Source: a virus
IMG/VR virus record: IMGVR_UViG_3300047319_001547
Coordinates: 1-64,000 of that record
Direction: 5' to 3' (one strand)
DNA: 64,000 nt
A program made the translations under genes and the position numbers. A model generated the notes under the pieces. That model was not told where the DNA came from and made no database searches. It saw only the letters and a list, made by a program, of their open reading frames with translations. Positions 19,666 to 28,283 of this stretch are shown here, piece after piece (position 1 is the stretch's first letter; each line of letters opens with the position of its first letter).

Positions 19666-19970
19666 TGGCGGCTCTTCAGGAAGCGATCGACGCGCTGGCG
19701 AAGCGCGCGAATCAGATCGCCCGGTTCGTCGGCCTCTGGCGGGCGAACCGCACGCAGGCCGGCAAGGCGGCCCATCAGACCTACGGGCACGGCAAGGTGC
19801 CGCGCGATCTTCACTACGCGCTCCACCCCGCCGACGAGCAGCACCCGCGCGGCTACCAGCGGGTCCGGCTGGCGCAAGGAATTTATGCGAACGTCCGGGC
19901 AGGCTACGGTGAGGGAGCGCGGGCAGCCCGCGCGCGCCGGGGAGGACGTGGACCTTTCGGAGGGGCTTGA
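19665..19970 (+). CDS. basic hypothetical protein
   Basis: TGATG coupling. Confidence 0.5.
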   Translation: MAALQEAIDALAKRANQIARFVGLWRANRTQAGKAAHQTYGHGKVPRDLHYALHPADEQHPRGYQRVRLAQGIYANVRAGYGEGARAARARRGGRGPFGGA

Positions 19971-20118
19971 GATGTCGGGCGACAAGGACGGATTCGACGA
20001 GGCGGACTCGGTGGTGACGTCGGTCGAGACCCCGACCGCGCTGAAGTCGGAGCGTCCGAAGAAGACCCGATCGGGCGAGCACGAGTTCGTGCTTCCGAAG
20101 CAGCACAAGAAGATCAGC

Positions 20119-20134
20119 TGGAACTCGAGTTCCA
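20119..20134. repeat. 16-bp palindrome copy 7 (last codons of small ORF 19972-20139, WNSSS)
   Basis: exact match, flanks C...A. Confidence 0.98.
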
Positions 20135-20355
20135 AGTGAGATCCGGCGAGAACATCCGCGACGATCTTCGCGAGGTCATCACCCGTCTGTTCGTGCGCGG
20201 CGTCTTTTTCTGTTTGGAAGAGGACAACGACTTTTACGCGACCCTGCAGTTCGAGGAAGCCAGGGATTGGGCGGTGCTCGCAACGATAACGATGCCGAAC
20301 CGGGGTCCCTGGGCGAGAGCGTGATAACCGCGCCTCCGGGCGCTACGCTCCGCCC

Positions 20356-21147
20356 ATGCTGAAGGGCGTCGACGTCTCGGTCGTGCAGGGCCACGTCGAC
20401 TGGCATCAGGTCGCGGACGCGGGGGTGCGGTTCGCCTTCCTGAAGTGCGGCGAGGGCAACAAGGGGACGGACCCGCAGCTGGGGCGGCCCGGCTGGGAGG
20501 TCGACCACCGCCGCGCGGCCGGTCAGAGCGGGCAGGATCCGCTCTTCGACTGGAACGTCGGGCACGCGAAGGCGGCCGGCATCCTGGTGGCCCCCTACAG
20601 CTTCGCGTATCCGCTACCCCATCAGGACGGCAATCCCGTCAGGGACCCGGAGATCCAGGCGAAGTTTCACTTCGACCTCTCGCTCGGACTCGGCAGCATC
20701 AGAGGCGACCTGACGCCGATGCTCGACTTCGAGTGGCCCGCCCCGGTCGACTGGGCGAAGTGGGGATGCAGCAGCAATCAGATGGTGGACTGGCTGGAGC
20801 TCTATCTGGGCGCCGCCGACGCTTACTGGGGGACGAAGCTCGGCTGCTACACCTACCCGGACTTCTGGCACCACCTGACGGTCGGGCTCGACGCCTTGCA
20901 CGCCGCGAAGCTGGTCGTGATCTGCACCGGCCGCGTCTTCTGGCCGGCCGACTACCCGAACCCCGGCCGCTGGCCGTCCGACATCGAGCGGCCGCGCGCG
21001 TTCGCGCCGTTCGGCAACCCGACCTTCTGGCAGTTCAGCGGCGGCCAGATGGCGATGCCGGGCGGCGGCCCTCCAACAGACCTGGACGTGTTCCTGGGCG
21101 ACGAGAATGCCCTCAGGGGGCTCGCAGGACTGGACCCCCTACCGTGA
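20356..21147 (+). CDS. GH25 muramidase (endolysin)
   Basis: GVDVS..QG.VDW..V...GVRFAFLK.GEG, LDFE catalytic DxE, FWQFS, DLDVF. Confidence 0.9.
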   Translation: MLKGVDVSVVQGHVDWHQVADAGVRFAFLKCGEGNKGTDPQLGRPGWEVDHRRAAGQSGQDPLFDWNVGHAKAAGILVAPYSFAYPLPHQDGNPVRDPEIQAKFHFDLSLGLGSIRGDLTPMLDFEWPAPVDWAKWGCSSNQMVDWLELYLGAADAYWGTKLGCYTYPDFWHHLTVGLDALHAAKLVVICTGRVFWPADYPNPGRWPSDIERPRAFAPFGNPTFWQFSGGQMAMPGGGPPTDLDVFLGDENALRGLAGLDPLP

Positions 21148-21295
21148 GAGGGGTCGCTTGGAACGTGCGCGTGGATGCCTCTCCTGAGCCCGTGACGCAG
21201 GTCGTGGCGGTTGGGTGGCACGAAGCCCGCGCCGACGCTGCCGCGAAGTTGAACGTCGCGAAGGAACGGATCCACGTTTCACAGGTGAGGTCGCC

Positions 21296-21742
21296 GTGAG
21301 GCTCGGCAGCTGGGCGGACTCGAACCTGAGGGCAGCCAGGAGCACCGAGCAGGCGATCTCGCTGCTCCGCGCCATCCCGGGCGGGCCGAAGATCTCCAAC
21401 CCGATCCGGTACGCCGGGCCGTCGCCCATCCAGCAGCAATTCTCGAACGAGGATCTGAATTCGCGAATCGCGAACGCGCCGATCCGCAAGGTCGCGATCT
21501 CGAGCCTCGTGACGGGCCAGCAGCACACCGTCGTGCGCGGGCGCGTCGAGTCGTACATCAAGAAGCCCCACCTCATCCCGGAGGGCGCGCACCACAAGCA
21601 CCACGGCGGCCCGATCGACCTCCCGATCGTCATGCTGTTCGACGGGAAGCGCTGGCTCTGGGACGGTCACCACCGCGTGATGGCGGAGACCCTCCTGGGG
21701 GCTCGGATGATCCGGGCACGCGTGGTCGACCTGGAGAAGTGA
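21296..21742 (+). CDS. stand-alone ParB/Srx N-terminal domain protein
   Basis: LPIVMLFDGKRWLWDGHHRVMAETLLGARMIRARVV matches PI.V......l.DGHHR..A...lG...i.a.v. Confidence 0.7.
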   Translation: MRLGSWADSNLRAARSTEQAISLLRAIPGGPKISNPIRYAGPSPIQQQFSNEDLNSRIANAPIRKVAISSLVTGQQHTVVRGRVESYIKKPHLIPEGAHHKHHGGPIDLPIVMLFDGKRWLWDGHHRVMAETLLGARMIRARVVDLEK

Positions 21743-21770
21743 GCCAAACCCTTCCGGTTTTCAGATACCC

Positions 21771-21806
21771 TTAGACAACCTTGTCTAACGGCCGTAGGAT
21801 TTAGGC
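21771..21806 (+). promoter_or_regulatory. sigma70-type leaderless promoter with inverted-repeat operator (type 2, copy 1)
   Basis: TAGACA-17nt-TAGGAT-6nt-ATG; TTAGACAA-CC-TTGTCTAA inverted repeat over the -35. Confidence 0.8.
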
Positions 21807-22352
21807 ATGACCAGCCGCCACTACTGCTTCGCAGCCTTCGCGCTCCTCGTCCTGGTGTTCTTCGGGTGCGCGGCTCCGCACCGCCCGCTGGCGACCCACT
21901 ACCGGATCGAGATCGACCCGTCGTTCCCCGACTACGCGGTGCCGGCGATCGTCGACGCCGCCGAGTCCTGGAAGGTCGCCGCCCCGGGGCTGACGCTCGA
22001 CGTCGTGATCTCGCAGTGCAGCCTGGAGCCGGAGGCGATCTGCGTCGCGCCCGTCGTCGCCATGACGGCTCATCCCGGCAAGGTCGGCTGGACGGATGAA
22101 TATCCGGCGGCCGACGACGCCACCATCACGGTGCTGCCGACGCACGCGAACGTCGAGATGACGAAGATCGTCGCGCACGAGTTCGGCCACGCGATGGGGC
22201 TGAGCCACGACGTCCCGGGAACCGTCATGTGCGAGGACGTCAACTGCGCGGCCAACAAGGTGACGTGCGGCGACGTCGCGCAGTTCTGGAGGGTCCGGGG
22301 CGGCCCGGCGGCGTTCGCTCACGCGTGCGGCGTGGCGCCGACGAATCCGTGA
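21807..22352 (+). CDS. metzincin (matrixin/M10-like) zinc protease lipoprotein
   Basis: lipobox VFFGC; HEFGHAMGLSH zinc motif and Met-turn GTVM. Confidence 0.85.
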   Translation: MTSRHYCFAAFALLVLVFFGCAAPHRPLATHYRIEIDPSFPDYAVPAIVDAAESWKVAAPGLTLDVVISQCSLEPEAICVAPVVAMTAHPGKVGWTDEYPAADDATITVLPTHANVEMTKIVAHEFGHAMGLSHDVPGTVMCEDVNCAANKVTCGDVAQFWRVRGGPAAFAHACGVAPTNP

Positions 22353-22367
22353 GGTAGGCTTCACGAC

Positions 22368-22577
22368 ATGAGGGCCCGCGCAGCACTGGTGTTCGTCGTC
22401 GCTCTGGCGGCATGCCGTTCGGCGGACGTTCCGCAAGCGCGCGGGCGCGCTTGCGGTGGAGACGTCGACTGCGCCCTCGACGGCAGTCAGGTCTGCCGGT
22501 TCCCGGCCGCCAACACGCGCGCGGTGTGCGTTCCCGCCAACGGGCGGGCGCCCGACTGGATGCCGGACCCTCTGTGA
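22368..22577 (+). CDS. small Cys-rich lipoprotein
   Basis: lipobox LAAC; C...DC....C...C disulfide pattern; TAGGCT-7nt-ATG. Confidence 0.65.
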   Translation: MRARAALVFVVALAACRSADVPQARGRACGGDVDCALDGSQVCRFPAANTRAVCVPANGRAPDWMPDPL

Positions 22578-23167
22578 ACGCGGGGTGGCTGGCGCTCCTG
22601 CTGGTCTCCTGCGCGGCCCTGCCGCACTCCGCCACTCCGCTCCCCCAAGCCACCGAACCGACGCTCGACGTCGCGGTCTGGCTGGACTCGCGATTCAATC
22701 CCGCCGAGAACGCGGCCGCCCGCGCTGCGCTCGAGGAGTGGAACGACGCGCTGGGCGGCTACGCGCACTTCTTCGTCGAGAGCGACAAGCTGGACCACCC
22801 GTCGGCCGACCCGATCGTCATCTCGTCTGCCATCATCCGACTCGGCCCGACCGTCACGATCGACCGGGAGCCGGACGACTGCGCGGTCTGCTCCTGGCAC
22901 GTGAAGTATCTGGCGTGGATGCCCCACGTGTTCGACCGCGACATCCACATCATCTCGTCCCGCATCGAGCGCGACCACGACGACTTCCGCGGGATCGTCG
23001 AGCACGAGATCGGGCACTTCCTGGGGCTGAAGCACGTCGAGACGCCCGCCCAGCTGATGTCGGACCACATCGAGATCCAGTGCATGTGCGTCGACGAGGA
23101 CACGCTGAGGCGCGTCGCGAAGCTCCATCGCTGGAACTTCGACCACATGCGGCCGGGCTGCCGATGA
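22574..23167 (+). CDS. second metzincin zinc protease lipoprotein
   Basis: lipobox LVSC; HEIGHFLGLKH and Met-turn QLMS. Confidence 0.85.
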   Translation: MNAGWLALLLVSCAALPHSATPLPQATEPTLDVAVWLDSRFNPAENAAARAALEEWNDALGGYAHFFVESDKLDHPSADPIVISSAIIRLGPTVTIDREPDDCAVCSWHVKYLAWMPHVFDRDIHIISSRIERDHDDFRGIVEHEIGHFLGLKHVETPAQLMSDHIEIQCMCVDEDTLRRVAKLHRWNFDHMRPGCR

Positions 23168-23172
23168 GTGGC

Positions 23173-23188
23173 TGGAACTCGAGTTCCA
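23173..23188. repeat. 16-bp palindrome copy 8 (intergenic, directly upstream of -10 TAGGGT)
   Basis: exact match, extends to 20 bp GC...GC. Confidence 0.98.
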
Positions 23189-23203
23189 GCTAGGGTCTTG
23201 AGG

Positions 23204-23707
23204 ATGTTCCCTCTCGCCACCGCCACGCCCGCGTCGAACGCCGCGAACTCGAAGAACGCCAAGCAGGCCAGCACGGCGGCGGAGAAGATGAGCGGCGCGA
23301 CCTCGGAGGACGACCACGAGTCGCACGACCGCGCCGCGTCCGCCCACTACGACGCCGCGAGCGCGAACCGGCAGGCGGGCAATCAGACGGCGGCGGACCG
23401 CCACATGGCGCAGGCGAAGGTGCACGGCGAGAAGGCGCAGTTCGGCCGTCAGGCCAAGAGCTTCGCGGACGACATGTCGCGATCGGCCGAGCAGCTGAGC
23501 GCCAAGGCGGAGAAGTCGCAGTTCGGCAAGGACGACGAGGATCCGCGCTCCGAGAAGGAGCTCCACGCCGACGCCGCTCAGGCGCACGACCGGGCCGCGA
23601 AGGCACACGAGCTCGCGGCACCGGGCGGCAGAGAAGCCGCATACCACGCCGCGAAGGCGGAGAAGCACGGATCGATCGGGAAGAACGGGCCGCCCCCGAC
23701 CGCGTGA
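23204..23707 (+). CDS. His/Ala-rich helical repeat protein
   Basis: repeated HxxAAxAHxxAA; TAGGGT-7nt-ATG. Confidence 0.65.
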   Translation: MFPLATATPASNAANSKNAKQASTAAEKMSGATSEDDHESHDRAASAHYDAASANRQAGNQTAADRHMAQAKVHGEKAQFGRQAKSFADDMSRSAEQLSAKAEKSQFGKDDEDPRSEKELHADAAQAHDRAAKAHELAAPGGREAAYHAAKAEKHGSIGKNGPPPTA

Positions 23708-23723
23708 GCGGCATCCCACGGTC

Positions 23724-24302
23724 GTGAGACGAGACGGCGAGGTCGCGGAGAAGCGCGCGAACTACCGCCGCGGGTTCTGCATCTGGTGCGGCGAGAAGGT
23801 TGCGCCGCCGCGCCGCACGTACTGCTCGAAGGAGTGCGTCCACGAGTGGTACCTGCGGACCAGCCAGTCGTACGTCCGCACGCTGGTGAAGCGCCGCGAC
23901 GGGGGGATCTGCGCCGACTGCGGGCGAGACTGCGTGGCGCTCCACCGCGACCTCGAGATGGTGGCGGCTCGGAGCGCGGGGGAGTTCGTCGACCGCTGCG
24001 TCAGCTTGAAGATCGAGAAGCGCGTGCCTCAGTGGCACTTGTGGATCGCGCTGGCGCGCTGCGAGTCGCTGGACCAGGAGCACGGGAGGGAAGCAGATCG
24101 ATCGAAGAACTCTCTGAGGCTCGACCTGTCGGGGCGCGGCTCGACGTTCGTCAGAAGCCTCTGGGATGCCGACCACACGACCAGCCTGGAGGAGGGCGGG
24201 TCACATCAGATCGTGAATCTCCAGACGCTCTGCTGGGCTTGTCACAAGGCCAAGACGGCGCTGCATGCTGCCCGGCGTGCGGCGCGCAGGAGGGCGAAGT
24301 GA
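23724..24302 (+). CDS. HNH endonuclease with N-terminal zinc finger
   Basis: CIWCG...YCSKEC; RRDGGICADCG...WDADH...EGG...NLQTLCWACHKAKT. Confidence 0.85.
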   Translation: MRRDGEVAEKRANYRRGFCIWCGEKVAPPRRTYCSKECVHEWYLRTSQSYVRTLVKRRDGGICADCGRDCVALHRDLEMVAARSAGEFVDRCVSLKIEKRVPQWHLWIALARCESLDQEHGREADRSKNSLRLDLSGRGSTFVRSLWDADHTTSLEEGGSHQIVNLQTLCWACHKAKTALHAARRAARRRAK

Positions 24303-24545
24303 CGCCGCGGAAGATCACGCGCTGCCGTCACTGCGGGTATTTCCGCGACGTCGTGTCGGTCGCGAAGGTACTGCCGGAACTCTGCCAAGGGTGCGCGCAG
24401 ACGCTGAGGAGGATCAGAGAGCGAACAACCGCCAAGGAATTAGCCGACGCAATGGCGCGCGTGGTTTTCACCGACCAAGCGGCAAAGGTGCTCGAGGAGC
24501 TGTTCCACGATCGGTACGTTCCCAATCTGAGCCGGAGGACACCTG

Positions 24546-24902
24546 ATGAGACTCGTCTACCTTGAGTCGCCGCTGGCCGGCGACGTGCCGCGAAACGTCG
24601 CGTACGCGCGCGCCTGCATGCTCGACTGCCTGAAGCGCGGCGAAGCTCCGTTCGTCAGCCACCTGCTGTACACGCAGTGCTTGGACGACCTGAAGCCCGA
24701 GGAGCGGAGTCTCGGCATGGAGGCTGGGTTCTGCTGGAGCGAGAAGGCGGAGTTGTCGGTCTTCTACATCGACTTCGGAATGAGCGGCGGGATGCGGGTG
24801 GGGATGGAGCGCGCCCAGAAGGCGTGCCGCCCGATCTCGCTGCGAGTCCTTCCGCGAGACGATCCCTTCTGGGATTCATCCGCGTCCTGGTCGGTGACGT
24901 GA
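24546..24902 (+). CDS. nucleoside 2-deoxyribosyltransferase-like (DUF4406-type) phage protein
   Basis: VYLESPLAGD...N..YAR.C......GEAPF.SHLLY.Q.LDD....ER..G...G. Confidence 0.7.
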   Translation: MRLVYLESPLAGDVPRNVAYARACMLDCLKRGEAPFVSHLLYTQCLDDLKPEERSLGMEAGFCWSEKAELSVFYIDFGMSGGMRVGMERAQKACRPISLRVLPRDDPFWDSSASWSVT

Positions 24903-25123
24903 TGAGCGCGCTGGATGTTCTTTCCTGGTCGGCGTGCTTCCTGCTTCTCGTGGGACTCGAGCTCATCGGGCGGAAGAAAATATCGGGGTTCTTCGTCGCC
25001 TTCATCGCAGAGATCCTGTGGATCTGGTGGGCAGCGCGGACGGGCGCTCACGCGATGGTCGTCATGTCGGGTGTCATCTGCGTGATGTATCTGCGGGCAA
25101 TCTGGAACTGGCGAAAGTCGTGA
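24902..25123 (+). CDS. small membrane protein, PnuC-like fragment
   Basis: three TM helices, L.GRKK..GF...ILWIWW...IWNW. Confidence 0.55.
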   Translation: MSALDVLSWSACFLLLVGLELIGRKKISGFFVAFIAEILWIWWAARTGAHAMVVMSGVICVMYLRAIWNWRKS

Positions 25124-25695
25124 GCGCCGAGGGTCTGCTGGTCGGCGGGCTGCTGCGCGCCATACAGGACGCGACCGACAAGCGGTTCGACGCGCAGGCG
25201 TGCATGGATCTCGCCAAGGCGTCCGCGCACGCGCGCGATGCGCTCCGACGGATCTCGATCTCACGGCTGGAGGGCGCCGAGCCTCCCGATCCGCCGCCCT
25301 TCATCTCGCCGCATCTGACGGCAGCCGAGCGGGTCTTCGTCGATGGGGTGAGTGCGGGTTTGGTGCGAAAGGGCGTGCGGCTTGTGAACGTCCAGTGCGC
25401 CTACGGGGAGCTGTTTCTAACGGGACTTCAGCCGGACGGCACCCTGCGGGTCTCGCGCCTGCGTCTGATCGACGCTCATTGGGCGTCGCAGGACGGGATC
25501 GTCCAGTCGCGCTCCGACATCGTCCGGAAGCTCTCGCGGATGAGACGTGCCCCATTGACGCCGGCGATTCCTCCGGGAGAGCATCTCGGGAATGCGAAGC
25601 CTGACGCTCTCCCAGAGGATGCCGATTGCCGAGACGGACGAGGGGGACGGCCCCGCCCCAAGCATCGAACGACCACGAACCCGCGCCGACTGTAA
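25120..25695 (+). CDS. hypothetical protein
   Basis: GTGA overlap; 3' end overlaps next gene, uncertain. Confidence 0.4.
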   Translation: MSAEGLLVGGLLRAIQDATDKRFDAQACMDLAKASAHARDALRRISISRLEGAEPPDPPPFISPHLTAAERVFVDGVSAGLVRKGVRLVNVQCAYGELFLTGLQPDGTLRVSRLRLIDAHWASQDGIVQSRSDIVRKLSRMRRAPLTPAIPPGEHLGNAKPDALPEDADCRDGRGGRPRPKHRTTTNPRRL

Positions 25696-26047
25696 AGACG
25701 GACCGCGCCCCTGCCCGTGGGTGGGGTGCCGGCATCACCTCTACCTCGACATCAGCGGGCGCGGCTCGCTCAAGCTGAACTTTCCCGAGAAGGACTTCGA
25801 CGAGATCGCCGAGACGTGCAGCATCGACGTGGCGGACCGGGGCGAGCACACGCTGGAGCAGATCGGCGACCTGATGAACGTCACGCGCGAGCGCGCCCGC
25901 CAGCTTGAGGCTCGCGGCCTGGTGTCGATGAGGAGCGCCGCCGCGCTCGACTACGTGCCGGACTCGGATCGGGCGGCCGCCGAGGAGTTCGTCGAGATGA
26001 TGTCGAGCGAGATCGACTTCTTCGGCGAGGGACCGTCGACGCCGTAG
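25619..26047 (+). CDS. sigma-70 region-4 HTH DNA-binding protein with Cys/His-rich N-terminus
   Basis: [25 protein letters not shown]...[35 protein letters not shown]. Confidence 0.85.
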   Translation: MPIAETDEGDGPAPSIERPRTRADCKDGPRPCPWVGCRHHLYLDISGRGSLKLNFPEKDFDEIAETCSIDVADRGEHTLEQIGDLMNVTRERARQLEARGLVSMRSAAALDYVPDSDRAAAEEFVEMMSSEIDFFGEGPSTP

Positions 26048-26056
26048 CATCCGGAG

Positions 26057-26326
26057 ATGCTCGCGCAGGTCACCGCCACGCCCGTCGACGAGATCGTCCA
26101 TCAGCTCGAGGTCGCGCTGACGGCGGCGCGCGCGGGAGTTATCCGAAGCCTCGTGATGGTGTTCGAACACCGCGACCCCTGCGAGACCGACTACTCGGTG
26201 GCGTGGGAGGACGGCGCGCCGCTTCAGATGCTGCTGGGCGAGCTCGAACGCGTGAAGCTCGTCCTGCTGCTGAAGATGATCGAGCAGTCGGGCGCGAAGG
26301 AAGGCGAGCCGGGCAGCACGGGCTGA
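26057..26326 (+). CDS. hypothetical protein
   Basis: TAGCAT-6nt-ATG leaderless signature. Confidence 0.55.
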   Translation: MLAQVTATPVDEIVHQLEVALTAARAGVIRSLVMVFEHRDPCETDYSVAWEDGAPLQMLLGELERVKLVLLLKMIEQSGAKEGEPGSTG

Positions 26327-26344
26327 CGCGGCATCCGGTTCGTC

Positions 26345-26689
26345 ATGGGCCGAAAAGCAAAGCCGCCGGAAGCCGTCAACGAAGCACCGACCCGACCTGG
26401 AACTCGAGTTCCAGGAACGATTCCCTGCTGGGCGCGGGGCATCGAAGACGCGCGCCCGCTGGCGCCCGGGATGGAGCTCCTCTATCCCGAGACACAGTCG
26501 AGCCGACCCGTCGAGATCCATCTGCTGGCGCCGCCGGCGGAAGATGGCGTCTATCGCTATCTCTGCGGGACGGTGGAGAGGCACGACGAGCTTCAAGTCG
26601 TCGCTCCGCTGGATCATCCTGCCATGTGCGGACCCTGCGCGGCGAAGCGGACCGGACCGACGAAATCATTCTTGGTGGTGAGCCGATGA
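26345..26689 (+). CDS. hypothetical protein, possible zinc binder
   Basis: H...LCG...CGPC; N-terminal tail carries palindrome. Confidence 0.5.
   Translation: MGRKAKPPEAVNEAPTRPGTRVPGTIPCWARGIEDARPLAPGMELLYPETQSSRPVEIHLLAPPAEDGVYRYLCGTVERHDELQVVAPLDHPAMCGPCAAKRTGPTKSFLVVSR
26398..26413. repeat. 16-bp palindrome copy 9 (intragenic, GTRVP)
   Basis: exact match, extends to 20 bp CC...GG. Confidence 0.98.
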
Positions 26690-27000
26690 ACTTCTTCGCC
26701 CGCGTCTGGGCGGCCCTGATGGGACGGCAGACCCCCGAGGAGCTCCGCGCGCTGGAGATCGCCGACCTGCACAAGAAGGCGCAGCGCCGGACCCGCGACG
26801 CCGCAGACCGCCTGCTGGGGGCGGTCGTGGTGCGGGCCGACTGGCGGCCGGGCGAGTACGCGTGGAGCCGCAAGGGCGTGTCGGTCGCGCTCCCGGTCGA
26901 GGAGTGGCTGGCGTTCGCGCGCGACGTTCTGGGCGAGGACCACCCCGTCACGGAGCGGATCCGGCTGAAAGCCGCCCTGGTCGAGCCCCTCGTCCAATAG
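26686..27000 (+). CDS. hypothetical protein
   Basis: ATGA overlap. Confidence 0.55.
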   Translation: MNFFARVWAALMGRQTPEELRALEIADLHKKAQRRTRDAADRLLGAVVVRADWRPGEYAWSRKGVSVALPVEEWLAFARDVLGEDHPVTERIRLKAALVEPLVQ

Positions 27001-27003
27001 TCC

Positions 27004-27038
27004 TGGACAAGCTTGTCCACGTCCGCTAGGCTTTAGTC
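27004..27038 (+). promoter_or_regulatory. leaderless promoter with type-2 palindromic operator (copy 2)
   Basis: TGGACA-17nt-TAGGCT-6nt-ATG; perfect palindrome TGGACAAGCTTGTCCA 27004-27019. Confidence 0.8.
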
Positions 27039-27320
27039 ATGAAGAAGACGGCAGCGACAGTCGGGCTCGCGAACATCGTCCGCGGCGACTTGCCCGGGCA
27101 CGCGCTCATCCAGTTCCCGTCGGGACGCTGGGGATTCGCTGGCAAGGTCGATTCTCGGCTCGCGCATGTGATGAAGGACGGGACCGAAGTGACGCCCGCG
27201 GCAGCCAAGATCGCCCGCGAGTTCGGCCCTGCTCTTGCCGGGGTCAAGACGCGCACCTGGGACACCTCAGACGCTGCGATCGAAGCGGCCGCCAGCATCG
27301 GGATTGCGGTGTCGACGTGA
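27039..27320 (+). CDS. hypothetical protein
   Basis: starts 6 nt after -10 element. Confidence 0.65.
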   Translation: MKKTAATVGLANIVRGDLPGHALIQFPSGRWGFAGKVDSRLAHVMKDGTEVTPAAAKIAREFGPALAGVKTRTWDTSDAAIEAAASIGIAVST

Positions 27321-27969
27321 GCCACCGCCAGATCCTCCCGCCCCCTTCGAACCCCCCGATCCGCCCGCGCGTCTCGCGCCACCGCGCCTTCATCGTCGAG
27401 GAGACGGTGTCGATCAGCCGGCAGGACCCCCGGGTCGACCCGGTGGAGGAGAAGCCCGCGACCGTCCGCCCGGGTCGGCGGCCGTGATGAACCGCTGCAG
27501 CTCCGAGAATTCGCGGGGCGAGCTCGCAGCCGGGTTTCTCTGGTCCGAGGGGAGACGCATCTGCCCGATGTGTCGCCACCACGCCGAGGCGTGCATCCGC
27601 GAATATGCGGAGAAGCTCGGAGAGACCTGCTGGGAGTTCGTCGCGGAACCCGATTCCGGCTCCGCAGGGGGGCCGGCGACGTGTCGGGAGGGCAGACCCG
27701 CGGCTCCCGGGCCGGCCGATCGTCCGGACGCGTCTCTGCCCGTCCAGGGGCCGTCCGGACGCCTCCTCGCCCAGGTCGCCTGGGTGTTCCTCCGGGAGGC
27801 CGACCAGCAGGCGCCCGGCCCCGAGAACAACCGCCTGCATGCGATCGCCCAGCGTCTCTTCTACCGGGCGGCCGAACTGGGCCAGACCGCGACCGGACTC
27901 GACTACGTGTTCGGCGACGACGTGTAGGCAAACCGGATACAAATCTAAAGTCTGGGTTTACTTTCGTGC

Positions 27970-28004
27970 TAGACAAGCTTGTCTAACGGCCGTACCTTCT
28001 AGTC
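27970..28004 (+). promoter_or_regulatory. leaderless promoter with type-2 palindromic operator (copy 3)
   Basis: TAGACA-17nt-TACCTT-6nt-ATG; perfect palindrome TAGACAAGCTTGTCTA 27970-27985; AT-rich tract upstream. Confidence 0.8.
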
Positions 28005-28211
28005 ATGAGCAAAACAGATTGGAACTCCCCGATGTTCTCCGGCCGCGATTCGGCAACTCGCGCGCGGATCCGCGCCGACCGGGCTTCCGCGTCGGAAGTC
28101 ACTGCGCTGATGGACGCGATTCTCCCTCCCGAGTCGGATCTCGACCGGAAGATCTCGGCGTTGATCGGACGCGTCGCGACGGGCGACTGCACGCCTTCGC
28201 GCCGCCGCTAG
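28005..28211 (+). CDS. small hypothetical protein
   Basis: starts 6 nt after -10 element. Confidence 0.55.
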   Translation: MSKTDWNSPMFSGRDSATRARIRADRASASEVTALMDAILPPESDLDRKISALIGRVATGDCTPSRRR

Positions 28212-28283
28212 TTCGCTCCTCGCGTTCCGGATCTCCCCGCGGGGTCCGGTGCGCGGCGAACGAGCCGCAGAAAGCAGCCAGCC

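Noticed and set aside
24489-24508. Extra WNSSSS peptide in a minus-strand ORF suggesting another palindrome copy
   Set aside because: DNA is CTCGAGGAGCTGTTCCA, only a half-site match
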